A stretch of 63,987 nucleotides of DNA, filler included, from Octopus bimaculoides (lineage: Eukaryota): assembly GCF_001194135.2 (NCBI RefSeq). It is 6 parts of 5 records of this genome, joined end to end, with 100 filler letters (N's around TTAATTAATTAA, not from the genome) between each part and the next. Parts side by side here need not be neighbours in the genome. Positions count along the whole stretch, not along the records: positions 21,879 to 41,334 come from NC_068983.1; 5 more parts are not named here. One strand, given 5' to 3'. A program made the position numbers and the translations under genes. This document shows, one piece after another, positions 23,529 through 37,810 of the stretch (its first letter is position 1; every line of letters begins with the position of its first letter). The notes beneath the pieces are model-generated. The model was not told where the DNA came from. It made no database searches and worked only from the letters and a program-made list of their open reading frames with translations.

Positions 23529-25016
23529 CATATGCAAATATATGCACACGGAAGCAGAAGTACACACACACACACATGAACACACATACAAACAGACACA
23601 GGAATACATATAAACAGAAGGATACATACATACATAAATATGCAAGCACATGTGCACACTGGTACACACACATATGCATGCAACAAGGTCTCAGACAAAT
23701 ACGGCCTCTGAAACAGACTAAGAGAAAAGTCTTTGAAAAGGTTGCAAATAGCAACGAAAGAATTTCCACAAAAAACAAAACCAAAAAGAATGACATACTG
23801 TTTAACCAAGTTAAGCAAACAATCGATTACTTAGATATTTAACCAATTGACTAATAATAAAGGAGTGGAATTGAACCTGTGCGTATGTTAATAATATTGA
23901 CATAATAATTCTCCTTAGACACAACAAAATTCGTATATATGTATATATGTGTGTCATGAGTGCATGTGCAAATACAATTATGTATATGTGTGCAAGAGTA
24001 AACGGATGTCCTCATATAATGAATATGTACAAACTAGATGAAGCATATATACAGTGCATATTCATATATAAAAACATTATGATCTAACATATATATCTAG
24101 CATGAGGCATTTATGTGTATGAATGCCCTTAATATAAATAAATATAGTTAAAGGAAACAATTATAATTTTTCCCTTTTTGAGGTTTTTTCACGCTGACTA
24201 CTTGATAAATTCTTATAAAGATTTTATCCTATTTTTAAATTGTCTATAAGTATGTGTATTTTGTAAGGTCAAATTAATAACAACAGTTCGAACCTCTCAA
24301 ACCTTTAGTCTGATGTCTTATCTAAATGACATTCTTGAGTATGTTTTTTTCTTTTCCTTTCTTTTTTTTATACAACCATGCCTGTTCCCTGCTCACTGGT
24401 CAGAACTATAAACTAATTAAGATAACAACTTGATAAATAGGGCGGATTTGACTTAGTTGCCCTCCATGTATCTGCCTCCTTTCCTCTATAAATTCTATTG
24501 TTTCTTCTTCAAAATATCACTTGTTTCACCATGGTAGTTGGTGAACTGATCATCTTCTGTTTCTGCCTTATCTGTTTATGTGATTAAATTTAGCTGACGA
24601 TGGCAGTTTTTAAATGCTGTTGAAACAACTGTTGTGAGTTCTGAACCTCAATTGTGTTCTTTTGTACATATGTCACACCTGGAACCAACCATGGGTTGGA
24701 TCTATGGTTTATATATAAATATGTATATGTCTATGTGTATATATTTATGTATAGATAGATGTGTGTGTCCTGTACCTACTTACAGTGTACTATCAACAAA
24801 TGACAATTAATGAGTTTCTTTATCTTACTGTGAGCTCAATACTAAGTATCCAGCCATTCCTGATGTCCTGCATGTTGATTGCCTGGATACCAATGAATCC
24901 TGTAACCGACATACATGCATGCATGCATGCATGCATCCATACATCCATCCATCCATACATACATACATACATACATACACACATACACACACACACATAC
25001 ACACATACATACATAC

Positions 25017-25890
25017 TTCATTATAGATATCACCCACATCATCAGCAACTGTCCAAAAATGTCATCACAGTATTACCTACTTATGAGACACGATGTTGTG
25101 GTCAAGACACTGTACAATGAAATCCGCCGACAGGATAACCCCGGGGCTAAGGAGATGAAAACCCATAATGAGCTAGAGGCCATTACCACTCACAATATTA
25201 AAGAGTATTGGTGGAATGTCCCAATAAAAACCTCAATAAAATGCAGACATAATACACCGGATATAGTAATCTGGGACAGAGAAGAGAAACTGTGTACAGT
25301 AGTAGAAATCAGCTGTCCTGCGGATGTCAACATCACACTAAAGGTTAGAGAAAAAGAGAACAACTACGACGAGCTACTGAGAAATTTGAAGATACTCCAC
25401 CCAGACTACAAGTTCAGATTCATACCCGTTATTGTTGGGGCATTGGGATATGTACTGAACTGCCTCAACAAAAACCTGGAAAAATTAGGGTTCTCAAAAC
25501 CTGAAAGAAAAAGGCTGATTAGAAGACTACAGATTCAAGCCATCAATGGAACTGTAAAGATATGTAAAGCTTTCCAAAAATTTAGCACATGAATACATAT
25601 GCATGCATCTAGACATGAAAATATACACATAAAAATGCATCCATAAAGCAAACATACAAATCTGCGCATAAATACATATGCATACGCCTAGGCATGAAAA
25701 TATATACATAAAAATGCATTCATAAAACAAACATACAAATCTGTGCATACACTAACACCAAATACTTCACACACACATATGCACAAATACCTTGATGTTG
25801 ATAAAAGTTCCAATGAAGGAGCCTTGAATCTATGATAGAGTCCGACTCTTTTTCTATTGACAAGAAATACAGAAATGAAACTGATTGATA
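25017..25890 (+). mobile_element. 5'-truncated R4-clade (restriction-like endonuclease) retrotransposon, family 2, within (ACAT)n
   Basis: HIISNCPKMSSQYYLLMRHD (zinc-knuckle end + RHD), PDIVIWD...VVEISCP..K.KENNY (PD..D/ExK RLE), PVIVGALG; stop at 25590-25592. ACAT repeats on both sides. Confidence 0.88.
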
Positions 25891-26420
25891 ACATACATAC
25901 ATACATATATATAGAGAGAGAGAAAGAAAGAGAGAGAGAGAGAACATTTATACTTCTGTGTGTATCCCATTTTTAGAATAGATACACAATATCCCTGTGT
26001 GTTGTAAGAGGTGGTCACAAACATTGTCATCAAGAAAGGCATTTAGCTGTAAAACACTGCCTCAAAAAGTCCATATCTAACCCATACCAGCATGAAGAAG
26101 TGGGTGTAAAAATAAGGATAAATTAGTGCGTGTTCAAGTTCATAAGTTTATCTCATATTGCTCAACACTTTCTGTTTCAGTATCCCCAGTACTTGCACTC
26201 TCACACATCCACCATGTGCTTGCATGCAGGAGCATATGTGTTTGTGTAGTAGAAATATTATATTTCAGATAAACAACTAATACATGTTTATTTCATCATT
26301 TATTTCTATTTCATATATTCTACACAACTTATATTAATATACCGCATACTATAATTTATTGTCATTTAAACATGCAGCATTTATTTAGACTAAAAAACAC
26401 TCATGCTTAATGTGTGTGTT

Positions 26421-26452
<32 letters not shown>

Positions 26453-29400
26453 TGCGTGTGTAAGAAAGAGAGAGAGAGACTATTTCAGCTGTTGATTAAT
26501 TCCTAATCAACCATCATTCTTTTAAACCTTTTGTCTTTTATCATTTACTTGTTTCATTTATTTGACTGTGGTCATGCTGGGGCACTACCTTGAAGGGTTT
26601 TAGTCAAGCTAATTGACCTCAGGACTTTTTTTAAAAAGCCTGGTATTTCATCTCTCACTGGCTCAGATGTTACTTCACCTTAAGGAATACCAGTGGGATG
26701 CAAATGAGTCAAAGTTTGTCTTTCTGTACCAAAGTCACATCATATATCAGTGAATCATGTTTGTGGCTCTCATTTCACTCCTTGTCAAGACAGCCTTTGT
26801 TTGGTCCAACTCCTGTACAAAGGCAAGGTATGGGGGCTCACTGCATTGCTCCTATGGTAATTGTAAAGCAGTAAGTGGGTCTCTGGCTGGATGGTGGCTA
26901 AGTACATGCTTTTGTTTAGTAAGTTGATGATGTGATGAGCCTATCCCTCTACAAACACTAAAATATAAACACACACACACACACACACACACACATTAGT
27001 GTACAAACTACTGTAAGCACATTTAATACATACATTATTAAATGCATTTTCTGATGCAATCAGGTATATAGCAAACAATACTTTGACTGTGGTAGAAACA
27101 AGGAAACTTTTGTCCTCGCACTGGTACAACTACTTTATCACCAAGAAAATCACAGGTTACTGAGTCAATAACATGTTTGGCAACCAGCCAAATAGTGTGT
27201 GGTTCATATATATTACCAGTGCTGCACTGTCTGGAGACAGGACACTTAACTTAAAGATGGTGCAATCGACCCAGTTATAAAATTGTGCTTAGAAACATGT
27301 AATTTGCCAGTGGAAGCAGTGTAAAATCCTTCCTACTCATGATTGAAGAAAGGGCAGAGAGAAAGAACTTGAAAGAGAGTCAATGGAGGAGCCTCTAAAG
27401 GGTTACTCAACCTGCTAGAAATCACACCCTATCATCTGGGAAAGATGGAATGTTCATGAGTAGAATGCCTTTGATCAGAGCTGGCCTGGAACAACACTAT
27501 CAGTGCCACTATAACCAACCAACAGCAGACAATCACCAGTATCCATTCACCATCACCATCACTACACCCACGTCAGCACATACTACTACTACTATTGCTG
27601 CTGCTGCCACTACCACCACCAGAAGAAGAAATGTCAACTCAGTAACCTGCAAAAAATAGCCTGAACATTGTTGTTGCAGATATACAGACATGGTGGTCAT
27701 GACTGGAATGACTTTGCTTATAGATCTGCTCAGTCAGGGCTAACCAACACCATCAGCAACATGTCATGCTTGCACAGTGTGTGTGTATGTGCAGCAGTAA
27801 CACAAGCATATTAGAAACACTAGAGAAGGTCTCTGGATTACACCCACTCATTTGACCGATTATTTATGCATCACATGTCCGCTCAAGGCTACACAACAAC
27901 TACACCACCATACCCACCCTCACAACTGCTAAGTCCATCGCTACCACCATCAACACCATACCACCACAACTGATAATATTAAACTTTAAATTGGATTTGC
28001 CAGTAGAATAGGAAATGGCTTTATATAAGTGTGTGTGCATATGTGTAAATATTGATTTAATGCATGAGTAATCACACACACAAACACACACGTGTGTATA
28101 TGTTACTCTATGTTTTAAGATTTAGATTCTTTTCACTTTATACATTTTCCATTCAGTTACAACCCAGGAGAATATAGAAGTAGTTCTGTCATTGTTCTAA
28201 GAATATCTCTAGTGCTGGTGGCATGATAAAATACACGCAGTCCACACTGTTATATGGTTGGTGACATGAAGAGCATCTGGCTATAAAAAACTATGCCAAA
28301 AAGCAACAGCATAATGTACAAAACAACAATGTTTGTTGAATATCTCAGTTACTGGGTGTCTGAGACAACAAAGGACTGCAGCTGGAAGCAAGATATTTTG
28401 AGTCCCAGACCTTGTTTGTTCTTTTCCATATCTTTTCCCTGTCTACATATGCAGACAGACAGGCAGACAGATGTCAGCGTAGTTTGTAGATATACTCTGT
28501 ATCAACTGTCAACTTACAAATTTAGCACCTTCCAATGAACATTATTCTCATATGTTGTACCAAATAGCACCATTGGTGCCGGCTTATAACCAGGTGTTTA
28601 AATCTAAACCAAACCATTCTGTAGTTACAGCAATCCATGATGGTACCCCATTAGACTAAGAGTAGATATCTTTAATACATGTAGCTACTATACCATTATA
28701 CCATTTGCTAAAGATAGCTTTTAGTTTGCTCTTAACTGCAGCCAAACCTACAACAAGGCTGCAGTTTACTAATCAACACTTTTCCTTCTGAAGTCTATCA
28801 GCTAGGACATCATGGATTTAGCCATAATCCCACTGCATTCACCCTTCATCTGGATCACACACTTATAAACATTTGCATATGTAGAGAGAGAGAGAGTGTG
28901 TGTGGTGGGAGGATATCTAGAATAAATCCTTTTGTGGTGTAAATTTAAGAATTAGTTTGATTCATGCATGGCCTTAACCACATGGCGGCTTCATTCTGTT
29001 GCCAAACCCACATGTTCATTCTATGTGTCAAAATTGTTTTAAGTCTAACATTGATTCAAGCGAGTTGGGAATGTCTGAGCCAACTCTGAGGAGTGGAGGC
29101 CATTATAATAGTGGTAGAAAAGGCAGAGAGAAAACAGACTGTGAGCTCGTGGGCCAGAGGCTGAAGGATATGACTTTATGCCAATCAGTTAGGTGGCCCT
29201 TTACTGAATGTAGTCTACAATGTCTGTGTTTATTAAGGCAAATTATTATGCTCTTCTTTGGAATTGAGTAATTATTCCTCTATTTTTCCTTTATCAACTC
29301 AGGACTCATTTATCCATTTCAAATAAAGTGGAATAACTTTTATCAAATAAAACAATGACATAATTTGTCAGAGCTGTCACACATGAGTCCTGTTTAATAC

Positions 29401-30959
29401 TTGACATAGTGCTGCTAACAGTACATCCAACCTTTGGAACAAATGCTGCCAGCTGAATATGACTGACCTTTACAACATAAGTAATTTAAGGAACATCATC
29501 AATTTTCAATTAATCACCAGGTTAACACAATGAGGAATAGATTTTTGGTCATTTTCTGTCATAGGAGGTTCCCTCAGCCTTTTCTGGGCCAGAATTATAA
29601 AAGCATTGCAAATTTCAATTACTGCAAAAATCTCTTTGAAATAAATTCTCTTTGAGGAGAGAAAATATCTATCTGTCTGACTGACTGATTTCAAATTTCT
29701 GAATACAGCCGTCAATGTATAAACTATATATGTCTCTATTTTCATCTCAGATATAACCAAACAATATTTAAGATCAGTCATCAGACCCACAGATAGGAAG
29801 AAAAAGACATTTGTTTACAATCATCCACAAAACAGCAATGGCTTAGATGTGTTGCAAAAAGGTGTTTTACCTTGCACCATACTATACAGTTATAGCAGAG
29901 AATGAATAACATTTAGTGCATAAATAATTAACTTTTTATTGGGTTTATTTTAACCTAGAAAAGTCCTCAATTACTGACAGCTGAGTGCAATGGCTATTGC
30001 AACGTAAACCATCTTAATGCTCTTATCAATGTGTTAATCCTTTCAAAGTCCATAACATGCAGTAATTGCAATGACTATAGCTAATGAGTTAACACTTAAA
30101 CAGTGAATCTAAAAGTGATTAATTTTTTTTATAACAAAAGTTATTTTTAGAAAAGTTAGATTTAGTAATAGTATCTATTATAAGATGCTGCCAGTAACTA
30201 AGGACAATGAAAAGATGAACTAATTGATAATAGGGTTTATAGTTTGTTTTGTTATTTTTTTTTATTCATTCTATACTAGTGGGTAACTGGGAAATTGGCA
30301 AGTGATAAATGTTCAATTTTGCAGTTAATTGCTTGCAACAAACTGTATTTAAAGGGATTAACTTCATATAATATTTACCATTTTGCTCCTCTTTATAATT
30401 TAATAAATAGTAAAATCCCTTCCATTACCTTCCTGTTCCTCTAACCCACCCCACCAAAACCACTTCCTACTTCTCTTCCTACTGTTTCTACCAATCACCT
30501 CCTATCTTTGCCTTCAGCCCATGCTCTCTCCCCCTCTGTTATACTCCATCCTTAATGCCTCTCAAATATAAACCATAACCCCATCCCCACCCCAAGCCAC
30601 TCCTATATCTCTCACCATCACTTGCTCCAGTCACCTCTATCCTATCTTTCCTCACAGTCCTATGAAACCTCCTCTCTATCCCACCTTCCTACTCACCCGG
30701 TCCAATCCTCTGTGTCACTTCACCTATGTACCTACCACTGTATCTTGAGAGTATGTTCCCCTGACACATCTCTCTCTGTCTATCTTTCTCTCTATCTTTC
30801 TCTCTATCTTTCTAATTCTATCCCCTTTCTTATCCAACTAGGCTATTCATGTGTATCCTTTACTGCAAGACACCAATCTCTAACCCTCTGTTATACTTTT
30901 TAACCTCATCAACTGGTACAAAGCTATCTGCCTCAAATCTACTCCCCCTCCTAATTGAG

Positions 30960-31195
30960 GGGGTCTTTGTCTTGTAAGTTACTTGGTGACCCTACTGGTG
31001 CTGGTTCCATCAAAAAAAGCACCAAGTACACTCTGTAAAATGGTTGGCATTAGGAGGGGCATCCAGCTGTAGAAACCATGCCGAAGCAGACAAAAAATCT
31101 TGGCACAGCCCTCAGTCTTGCTGGCTCTTGTCAAACCACCCAACCCATGCCAGCATGGAAAAGAGACATTAAATAATGGTGATGATGATGATGAA
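30960..31195 (+). mobile_element. Retroelement 3' tail / SINE ending in (GAT)n
   Basis: GGTTGGCATTAGGA.GGGCATCCAGCTGTAGAAACC...CAACCCATGCCAGCATGGAAAA motif. Degraded relatives at about 25995-26110, 28210-28320 and 48905-48980. Confidence 0.5.
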
Positions 31196-32283
31196 TTATA
31201 CAAATAATTATATTCAATTTCACATGGACAGTTAAACTTATAAATGTGCATTTCAAACATGTATTCAGTTGTCAGTCTCTTAATGAAACAGAGAAGCGGT
31301 GATAGCAGTTAATTGTTTACTGCACAGGGGAAGACATGGTTGTCCAGTTAAATAGCTCACTTCACAAACATGTGCTTTCAGGTTCAATTCTATTATGCAG
31401 CACCATGGGTAAGTGTCTTCTACTCTAGGTCAACCAATGCCTTGAAAATAAATTTGGTCGATGGGAGCTGTCTGCAAGCCTTGCTCTGTGTGTGTGTGTG
31501 TGTGTGCGCGCGTACGTGTTTGTATATATGTACATGCTTTTAGCTCACCACTTGACAAATGGTGTTAGTTTGTTTATGTCCCCATAACTCAGCATTTCTC
31601 AAAAAATGACAACAAAATAAGTATGAGACTTTGTTAATGTTCTTGGACAAAGCTACAGCATAAATACCACTAACAGTCCCCTAAAAATCTGATACCTATG
31701 TTAAAAAATCGAATTGGAGACATTTTTTTGTTTTTTTGATTGGTTTAATTTTCATGAAGGAAGTAAAAGATAAGTCAATTTGATGGAACTTTCTTGATAT
31801 AAGTAACAGCTGCGTTTTTGTGCCTTTGAAAAAGACATAACTAGCATATCCCTATTAGAGGATACTTTCAAAGTCATTATCCATGGAGTCGGTGTAGGTT
31901 TGATATGTGGTGTCTAGGTTGTGAGTGGAAAATAATATATGACAGGACAATGTTAGGGAGGACCAAAGAGTAATGTCATGTGCTTAGAGTGGGCATTATT
32001 GGATATAGTAGTTAAGTCATTGGTGCATAGAAGGAAGAGAGGCAGAAACAAGGCCAAACTCTACAGTTAATATAGTTGATAAACGCTTCAGTTGATAAAG
32101 TTTGCAAAGTTAACAAAAGTAGTGAAGCACCAAACTGAGTGAATTACAGTATTTAGTTTCACTCCTGCTACCTTATAAGTTTAAATTTTACCAGGGTAAT
32201 GGGTTGTTTTTTTTTTTTTCTTTCTATTTATAATGTCCCTAAGATCAATGAAACAAGTACTAGATATTTGTGCTGATTCCCCC

Positions 32284-32341
<58 letters not shown>

Positions 32342-33857
32342 TGCCAGAATATAGTATATTTTTTTTAGATGTTTCTATGGTGGATGATATCAATTTACAG
32401 TTATGAAAGTGGTTTTTATATAGTTTATATAGTTAAATTTTCTTATCTTGATATAATTTGTACTTCATGTTTTTAATTTTTTTAATCATTTTCTGTTTTG
32501 CAGCACTGAAGTTTGAAATTTAAAGAAAAGCATTGCCAACTCTCTCATGATGATGAAAAAAACAATGGCTTTTGCCAGAGAATTTAAAACACTAAATTTT
32601 CCATTCCACTGTGAGAGTCCTGCCAGTTGCTTGGCATAAATTAGCAACATTAAGAGTATGGTTGGCTGACTGTATAATGACAGGCGCCACAACATAACAT
32701 TCTTATTTGCTTCCAACAATCAATCAGAATAATTTGAGAAAAAAATAGTTATTCATTAACAGCTTAACCAATCTAATTGATGAGGTAAATGAAGGAGGAA
32801 GCAAGAAACTAAATCAATAAATGTGATTAGAAAAACAAAGAAAAAATAAAGAAAATTCCATGTCCTCAGAAACCAGAAGTATGAAGATAAATATAGATCG
32901 GCCTGCTAACCTAGTTTGATAAAAAAAAATATCCAACCGAAATCAAGCTATTTTGTATATACTGGAATAATTTCATATATATACGAATAACCAGAAAGCT
33001 AGAGATGAATCTTCATTAGTATAAAAATAAACTTTTCTAACTAATATTTACATTCCTGAGACAAAAAACATAATATTTGATTAACCCTTTCGTTACCAAT
33101 CCAGCTCTGGCTCTGAGTACAAATGTCTTGTTTTCATAAGTTTTGAATTAAAATCTTCCATCAAACCTTAGTCACAATTTATGTTCCTAACACTAGCTGA
33201 ATGATAACTAAGTTATTTTACTAAATTCTTTGTTATATTTAAAATAATGGAAAGAAACACAGAACATCTCAGAATAAATACAGTAACAAAAGGGTTAAAT
33301 AAAGTGGTTTTTCCCTTTGTACAATCAAATGAAGTAGAATGACAATGCTATTTTCATATTAAACTTCATAAATATTAGAAACTGAAAACAATCAGGCAGA
33401 GACCATACATATTATCAAAGGAAGAAATCTACATGGAGTGAATCTACATGTGTAAGGAATTCAAAACAATATTATGATTAGATATGTGAGACCAAAACAT
33501 CATTCATTTTAAGTTGATGTGAGGAAAAAAGTATCATGTTTAAGTTGCATATGTAAGAAAATCAAAGACAATACTCCTTCCTAACATATATGAAAAATAC
33601 AATACACAGAAAAAAATATTCATACTGAAGTTATATATTGAATAGATGCAAAGCAAGTGCATACAAAATGTATGTACAATTTATAAATTGAATCTACAGC
33701 CTTATGTCATGTACTTTGCAGTAATATACTGTATTCAAGAAAGGAAGATTATTTTCATAACATGTAATAATAATAAACTATTTCTCCTATCTATCTTTAA
33801 AAATAAACAGGCTACACAAAAGATCAGTATGCATATGTATTAACAATATATATATAT

Positions 33858-33906
<49 letters not shown>

Positions 33907-35100
33907 CGCACACACATGATTCTAATTATAAGCTATAAATCATTTTACAAGTTTTGCCTGATTGTATGCTCAGCTAAATCCAGCCAATGGTAATGCATTC
34001 CTATTCTACTGATATCAAAATATGTATGTATGTCAGTTAAAAATTTATATGTAAACATCATATATAAGAAACTCAGCTGAGACAGTTACATGACTTCATT
34101 TAGACAGAAACCTTACAAAGTAACAATCTGACAGAAGACAAAACTATATTATAAATCAGCAGAATAAAATAGAAATTCAATATATATAATTCACATTATA
34201 TATTTACGACAGGAAACAAATAGCTTTACTCTTGGAAAGAATTCACTATCTATTTCATAAAATTCCAAAGTGAATAGAATGATACAAATCAATAAACAAG
34301 TCACTGGATCTATTGCTAAATACAACCCTCTAAAGAAGTATTGGATAATACATTTTATGAACAACTTATTCTTGAATACTTCTGGTAGACTTGTTTCCAA
34401 GCAAAACAACTTTTTAACAATTGGTATATTATTATCACTATGAATTATCATATTGCAAACATAAATACATTTTCAACTAAGATTACAAGTACTGTCAAAC
34501 AAAATAATATTTTAAAGCATAAAAATACAATTTATTAAAAGGAATTTAAGATATCGAATAAAAATTTTCACAGGTGTTTTCAAGCAATTGTGCAAGAAAC
34601 ATTTTACAGGGGAAATTTCAAGAAATTATCAAAGAAGATATCTTTTTTAACAAAATGTCATTTATAGAAATTGTGAAAGAATTTAATTACCATATAGATT
34701 TCTAAATACTGTGAAACCAGGAAAAGAATTGAAGTAAAACAAAGAAGAAAATTATCAAGTCAAGGCTTTTAGAATTCTCAGAAACTATCCAAAATACCAG
34801 ATACATTTGTTAATCCAACAAATATGGTTCTCATCAAGTTCTTTATATAAGGTTTTCCATGTTAATAACATTCCCTAAAAGGATTTGATGTTTTTCAAGA
34901 TGCAAGTTTACTTCAAACTCCATTTAGTCCAAGTTGTAAAATAATAACAATAACAAGGGATGGTAAAATACAGTTGAAGCATTTCAGCTAAATTAATATC
35001 TTCAGATATTTTATGTCATTTTGTTAAACAAGCAAATAATAATAATAATAATCCGAAACAAAATATATAGTAATTTACCAAGGTCAACCAAAATTTGTTC

Positions 35101-37002
35101 ATGATGACTTCAAATTCTGTACTGTCAATGAAGGACATGTTATGTCCTTTGTGTGGCTGTGTTTATGATGAGCCCCGGATGTTAGCTTGTCTACACAACT
35201 TCTGTATTAACTGTCTCATAAAGTATCACTCACACACAACTGAAGAAAACAAGCTTATCTGTCCTCAATGTAGAATGGAAACAATGCTTGGAGGATCAGG
35301 CTTAGAAAGCTTGCCCATGAATACTTTTGTTAAGTGGCAGATTAAGGAATATGGTCTCCTTCATGCAGCACCAATGCACTCTGATACTGAAAATGAAAAT
35401 AGAGAGCTGACAAAAATGAGCCTTTCTTCAACTGATTCATCTTTGTCCAATGAAAAAGATGACTCCATTCAGGGCAAGGAAGAAGAGAACAGAGAGAGTC
35501 CAATGTCAGTGAGCGGCAGCGAGGTTATCGATGACTCGTACAACACCACTATTGACAGTTTGCACAATAAATATCTACAGTTGCAAACCAAAGCACTGCA
35601 GATCACTTATGCAATAGACTCAGTTAACCAATCTGTTGAGGACTGGAAAGAAAACCGGTGTCGAGTTAAGGAAGACATTCAACGCCGTTCACAATATCTT
35701 CAAAGCTTGATTAGACTCTTGGAAAGGAAATTGCTATCGGAGTTGGACAGTTCAACACACATGGGTGAAATAATGGATGAAGTGACAACCACAAAAGAAA
35801 AGTTGCAAGACACACTGAAGTTGACCCTGCACAACATACAGTTCATACGTCATTTAATCAATACAGGTTTACCAGATGATATCATGTGTTTGGGTAAGTC
35901 AGTGTTGAAGATGAAGCCAATCAGCTCAGAACAAGAAATCAGCTTACGATTCCCAGAGTATAAAGTTGAATGTAGTCATTTAAAACAGGAGAGCCACCTT
36001 GAAGAGGTATTTGGGGAACTATCAAAAACCTGGAAGCAAAAAGTTATCATGTCAGTAACAAATGACAATGTGAAGGGTCTGCCTGTTGACCAGTTTCTCT
36101 CAGATAATCCAGCAGATCTTACACAGAGTATGTATTTTGACAGAGAAAAACACACACAAGGAAGAAAGTTAATAGAAAACTCAGCTAAATTCAGTCCAGA
36201 TTTATCATCAACAGCATTAAAGAAAAGAAACACGAATGATTCAGAAATATCTGTAACTGGAAATAATCCCCAAACATTTCTAAATGATGTTGAAAAAAAC
36301 ATTTATCTCAAGTATGAAATGGCTAAAAAGAATGTTGAGAAACGACGTCGAGAACTTGCAGTGAAACACATGATTGAAAACAAAAGCAGATCATATGATG
36401 AAGTGACCCCGAATAATTTTGAATCCAGTGATATCAAAATGCTAAAAGACCATGAAAATCTCAATTTCAACAAAAGAGAAGCACAAATGATATTCACTGA
36501 GAAAATGGTGCACACTGATAGTGAAATTAACTTTCCTTTGATAGATCCACAAAAGGAGAAAGATTTTAACAATGACCGAAACGCCCGAAGATGGAGCAGT
36601 GATTCACCCCTGATGGCAGCACAGGTGACCATGGCCCGCAGCAAAGTGTCGGCAGTCCTTCGACGTAACAACTCAGTCTCACCAAATATATCTGAAAATT
36701 TGGCCGTGAGTCCTACTGCCAAAAAGAGAAGTCCAACTAAGACAGAAGAGGTGGAAGGTATTGCTCCACAGAGTAATGACAGAGCTAAATTAGAAGACAG
36801 TGGTGGCAGTGTGAAAGCTTTGTGGGATAACAGAGAAAATGAGAAGGCAAGAGAGAGTGAGGTCAAAATGAAGGAGAGGAGAAGCATCTTGGATGCTGAT
36901 TCTGAAAAAGTCAAGAGAATGTCTCGTGATCTGTTCCAAGAAATCAAAGAGAATGCCCGACGAAAAAGCGAGCGATGGAGGTCTGTGTCAACATCACATT
37001 GA
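35101..37002 (+). CDS. Single-exon RING (C3HC4) + coiled-coil TRIM-like putative E3 ligase, 633 aa, no B-box
   Basis: Uninterrupted 1.9-kb ORF in AT-rich DNA; in-frame stop at 35071-35073 and first ATG at 35101. RING CPLC..CLHNFCINC..CPQC at 35143-35268 is followed by the TRIM-type CR..L..N segment and a heptad-rich helical region (about aa 150-270). Confidence 0.9.
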   Translation: MMTSNSVLSMKDMLCPLCGCVYDEPRMLACLHNFCINCLIKYHSHTTEENKLICPQCRMETMLGGSGLESLPMNTFVKWQIKEYGLLHAAPMHSDTENENRELTKMSLSSTDSSLSNEKDDSIQGKEEENRESPMSVSGSEVIDDSYNTTIDSLHNKYLQLQTKALQITYAIDSVNQSVEDWKENRCRVKEDIQRRSQYLQSLIRLLERKLLSELDSSTHMGEIMDEVTTTKEKLQDTLKLTLHNIQFIRHLINTGLPDDIMCLGKSVLKMKPISSEQEISLRFPEYKVECSHLKQESHLEEVFGELSKTWKQKVIMSVTNDNVKGLPVDQFLSDNPADLTQSMYFDREKHTQGRKLIENSAKFSPDLSSTALKKRNTNDSEISVTGNNPQTFLNDVEKNIYLKYEMAKKNVEKRRRELAVKHMIENKSRSYDEVTPNNFESSDIKMLKDHENLNFNKREAQMIFTEKMVHTDSEINFPLIDPQKEKDFNNDRNARRWSSDSPLMAAQVTMARSKVSAVLRRNNSVSPNISENLAVSPTAKKRSPTKTEEVEGIAPQSNDRAKLEDSGGSVKALWDNRENEKARESEVKMKERRSILDADSEKVKRMSRDLFQEIKENARRKSERWRSVSTSH

Positions 37003-37400
37003 GAGAAGCAGATAGAGGTCACTGAGTCAACATTATATTAATATGTAAAGCTTTATGTTATCACATTGAGCTAAAAAATCTGTGTCTGCCAACATTTTGT
37101 TGAACTGTGGTGGCTTTTATTAACAGGACACTGAACAGTGGATCTCCACTTACACTGAACTGTGAAACCTTAATCCAACATCACATGTAGAGGTCTCTAT
37201 CAATATCACTATAGACTGTGGAGTTATTTGTCAATATTATTGTGGATTGTAGAGTCATTTGTCTACATCATAGTGGTCTGTGAAGTTTATGTCTGTCAAT
37301 AGAAACAATACTCTGTCACTGATGTTGCTTGGTAAATCCAGCTATGGATAATTCTTTCCTACTTTACTACCATAGAGAAATAAACAAAATCACATACATG

Positions 37401-37444
<44 letters not shown>

Positions 37445-37519
37445 GACACATGCGCATACATACATACATGAATGCATGCATCAAGTAGCCAATGGTGTCA
37501 TATAATCATATGGATAGAG

Positions 37520-37810
37520 AATGAGGTATACTTAACCCCAAAAGGATGAAAGGCAAAGGTCGACCTTGGTGGAATTTGAACTCAGAACGTAAAGACATAC
37601 AAAACACTACTAAGCAGTTCATTGAAAGTGAAGTGCTAGCAATTCTGCCAGCTCACATAATAATAATAATAATGATAATAATTTCAAATTTTGGCACAAA
37701 GCCAGAAATTTCAGAGGAGTTGGGGAAGTCGATTACATCAGCTCCAGTCATCATCTGGTACTTATTTTATTGACCTCAAAAGGATGAAAGACAAAGTCAA
37801 CCTTAACAGA
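37520..37810 (-). mobile_element. Two SINE family C copies downstream of the TRIM-like ORF
   Basis: AAAGGATGAAAG(G/A)CAAAG(G)TC(G/A)ACC occurs twice, with CpG-to-TpG decay relative to other copies. Confidence 0.7.
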
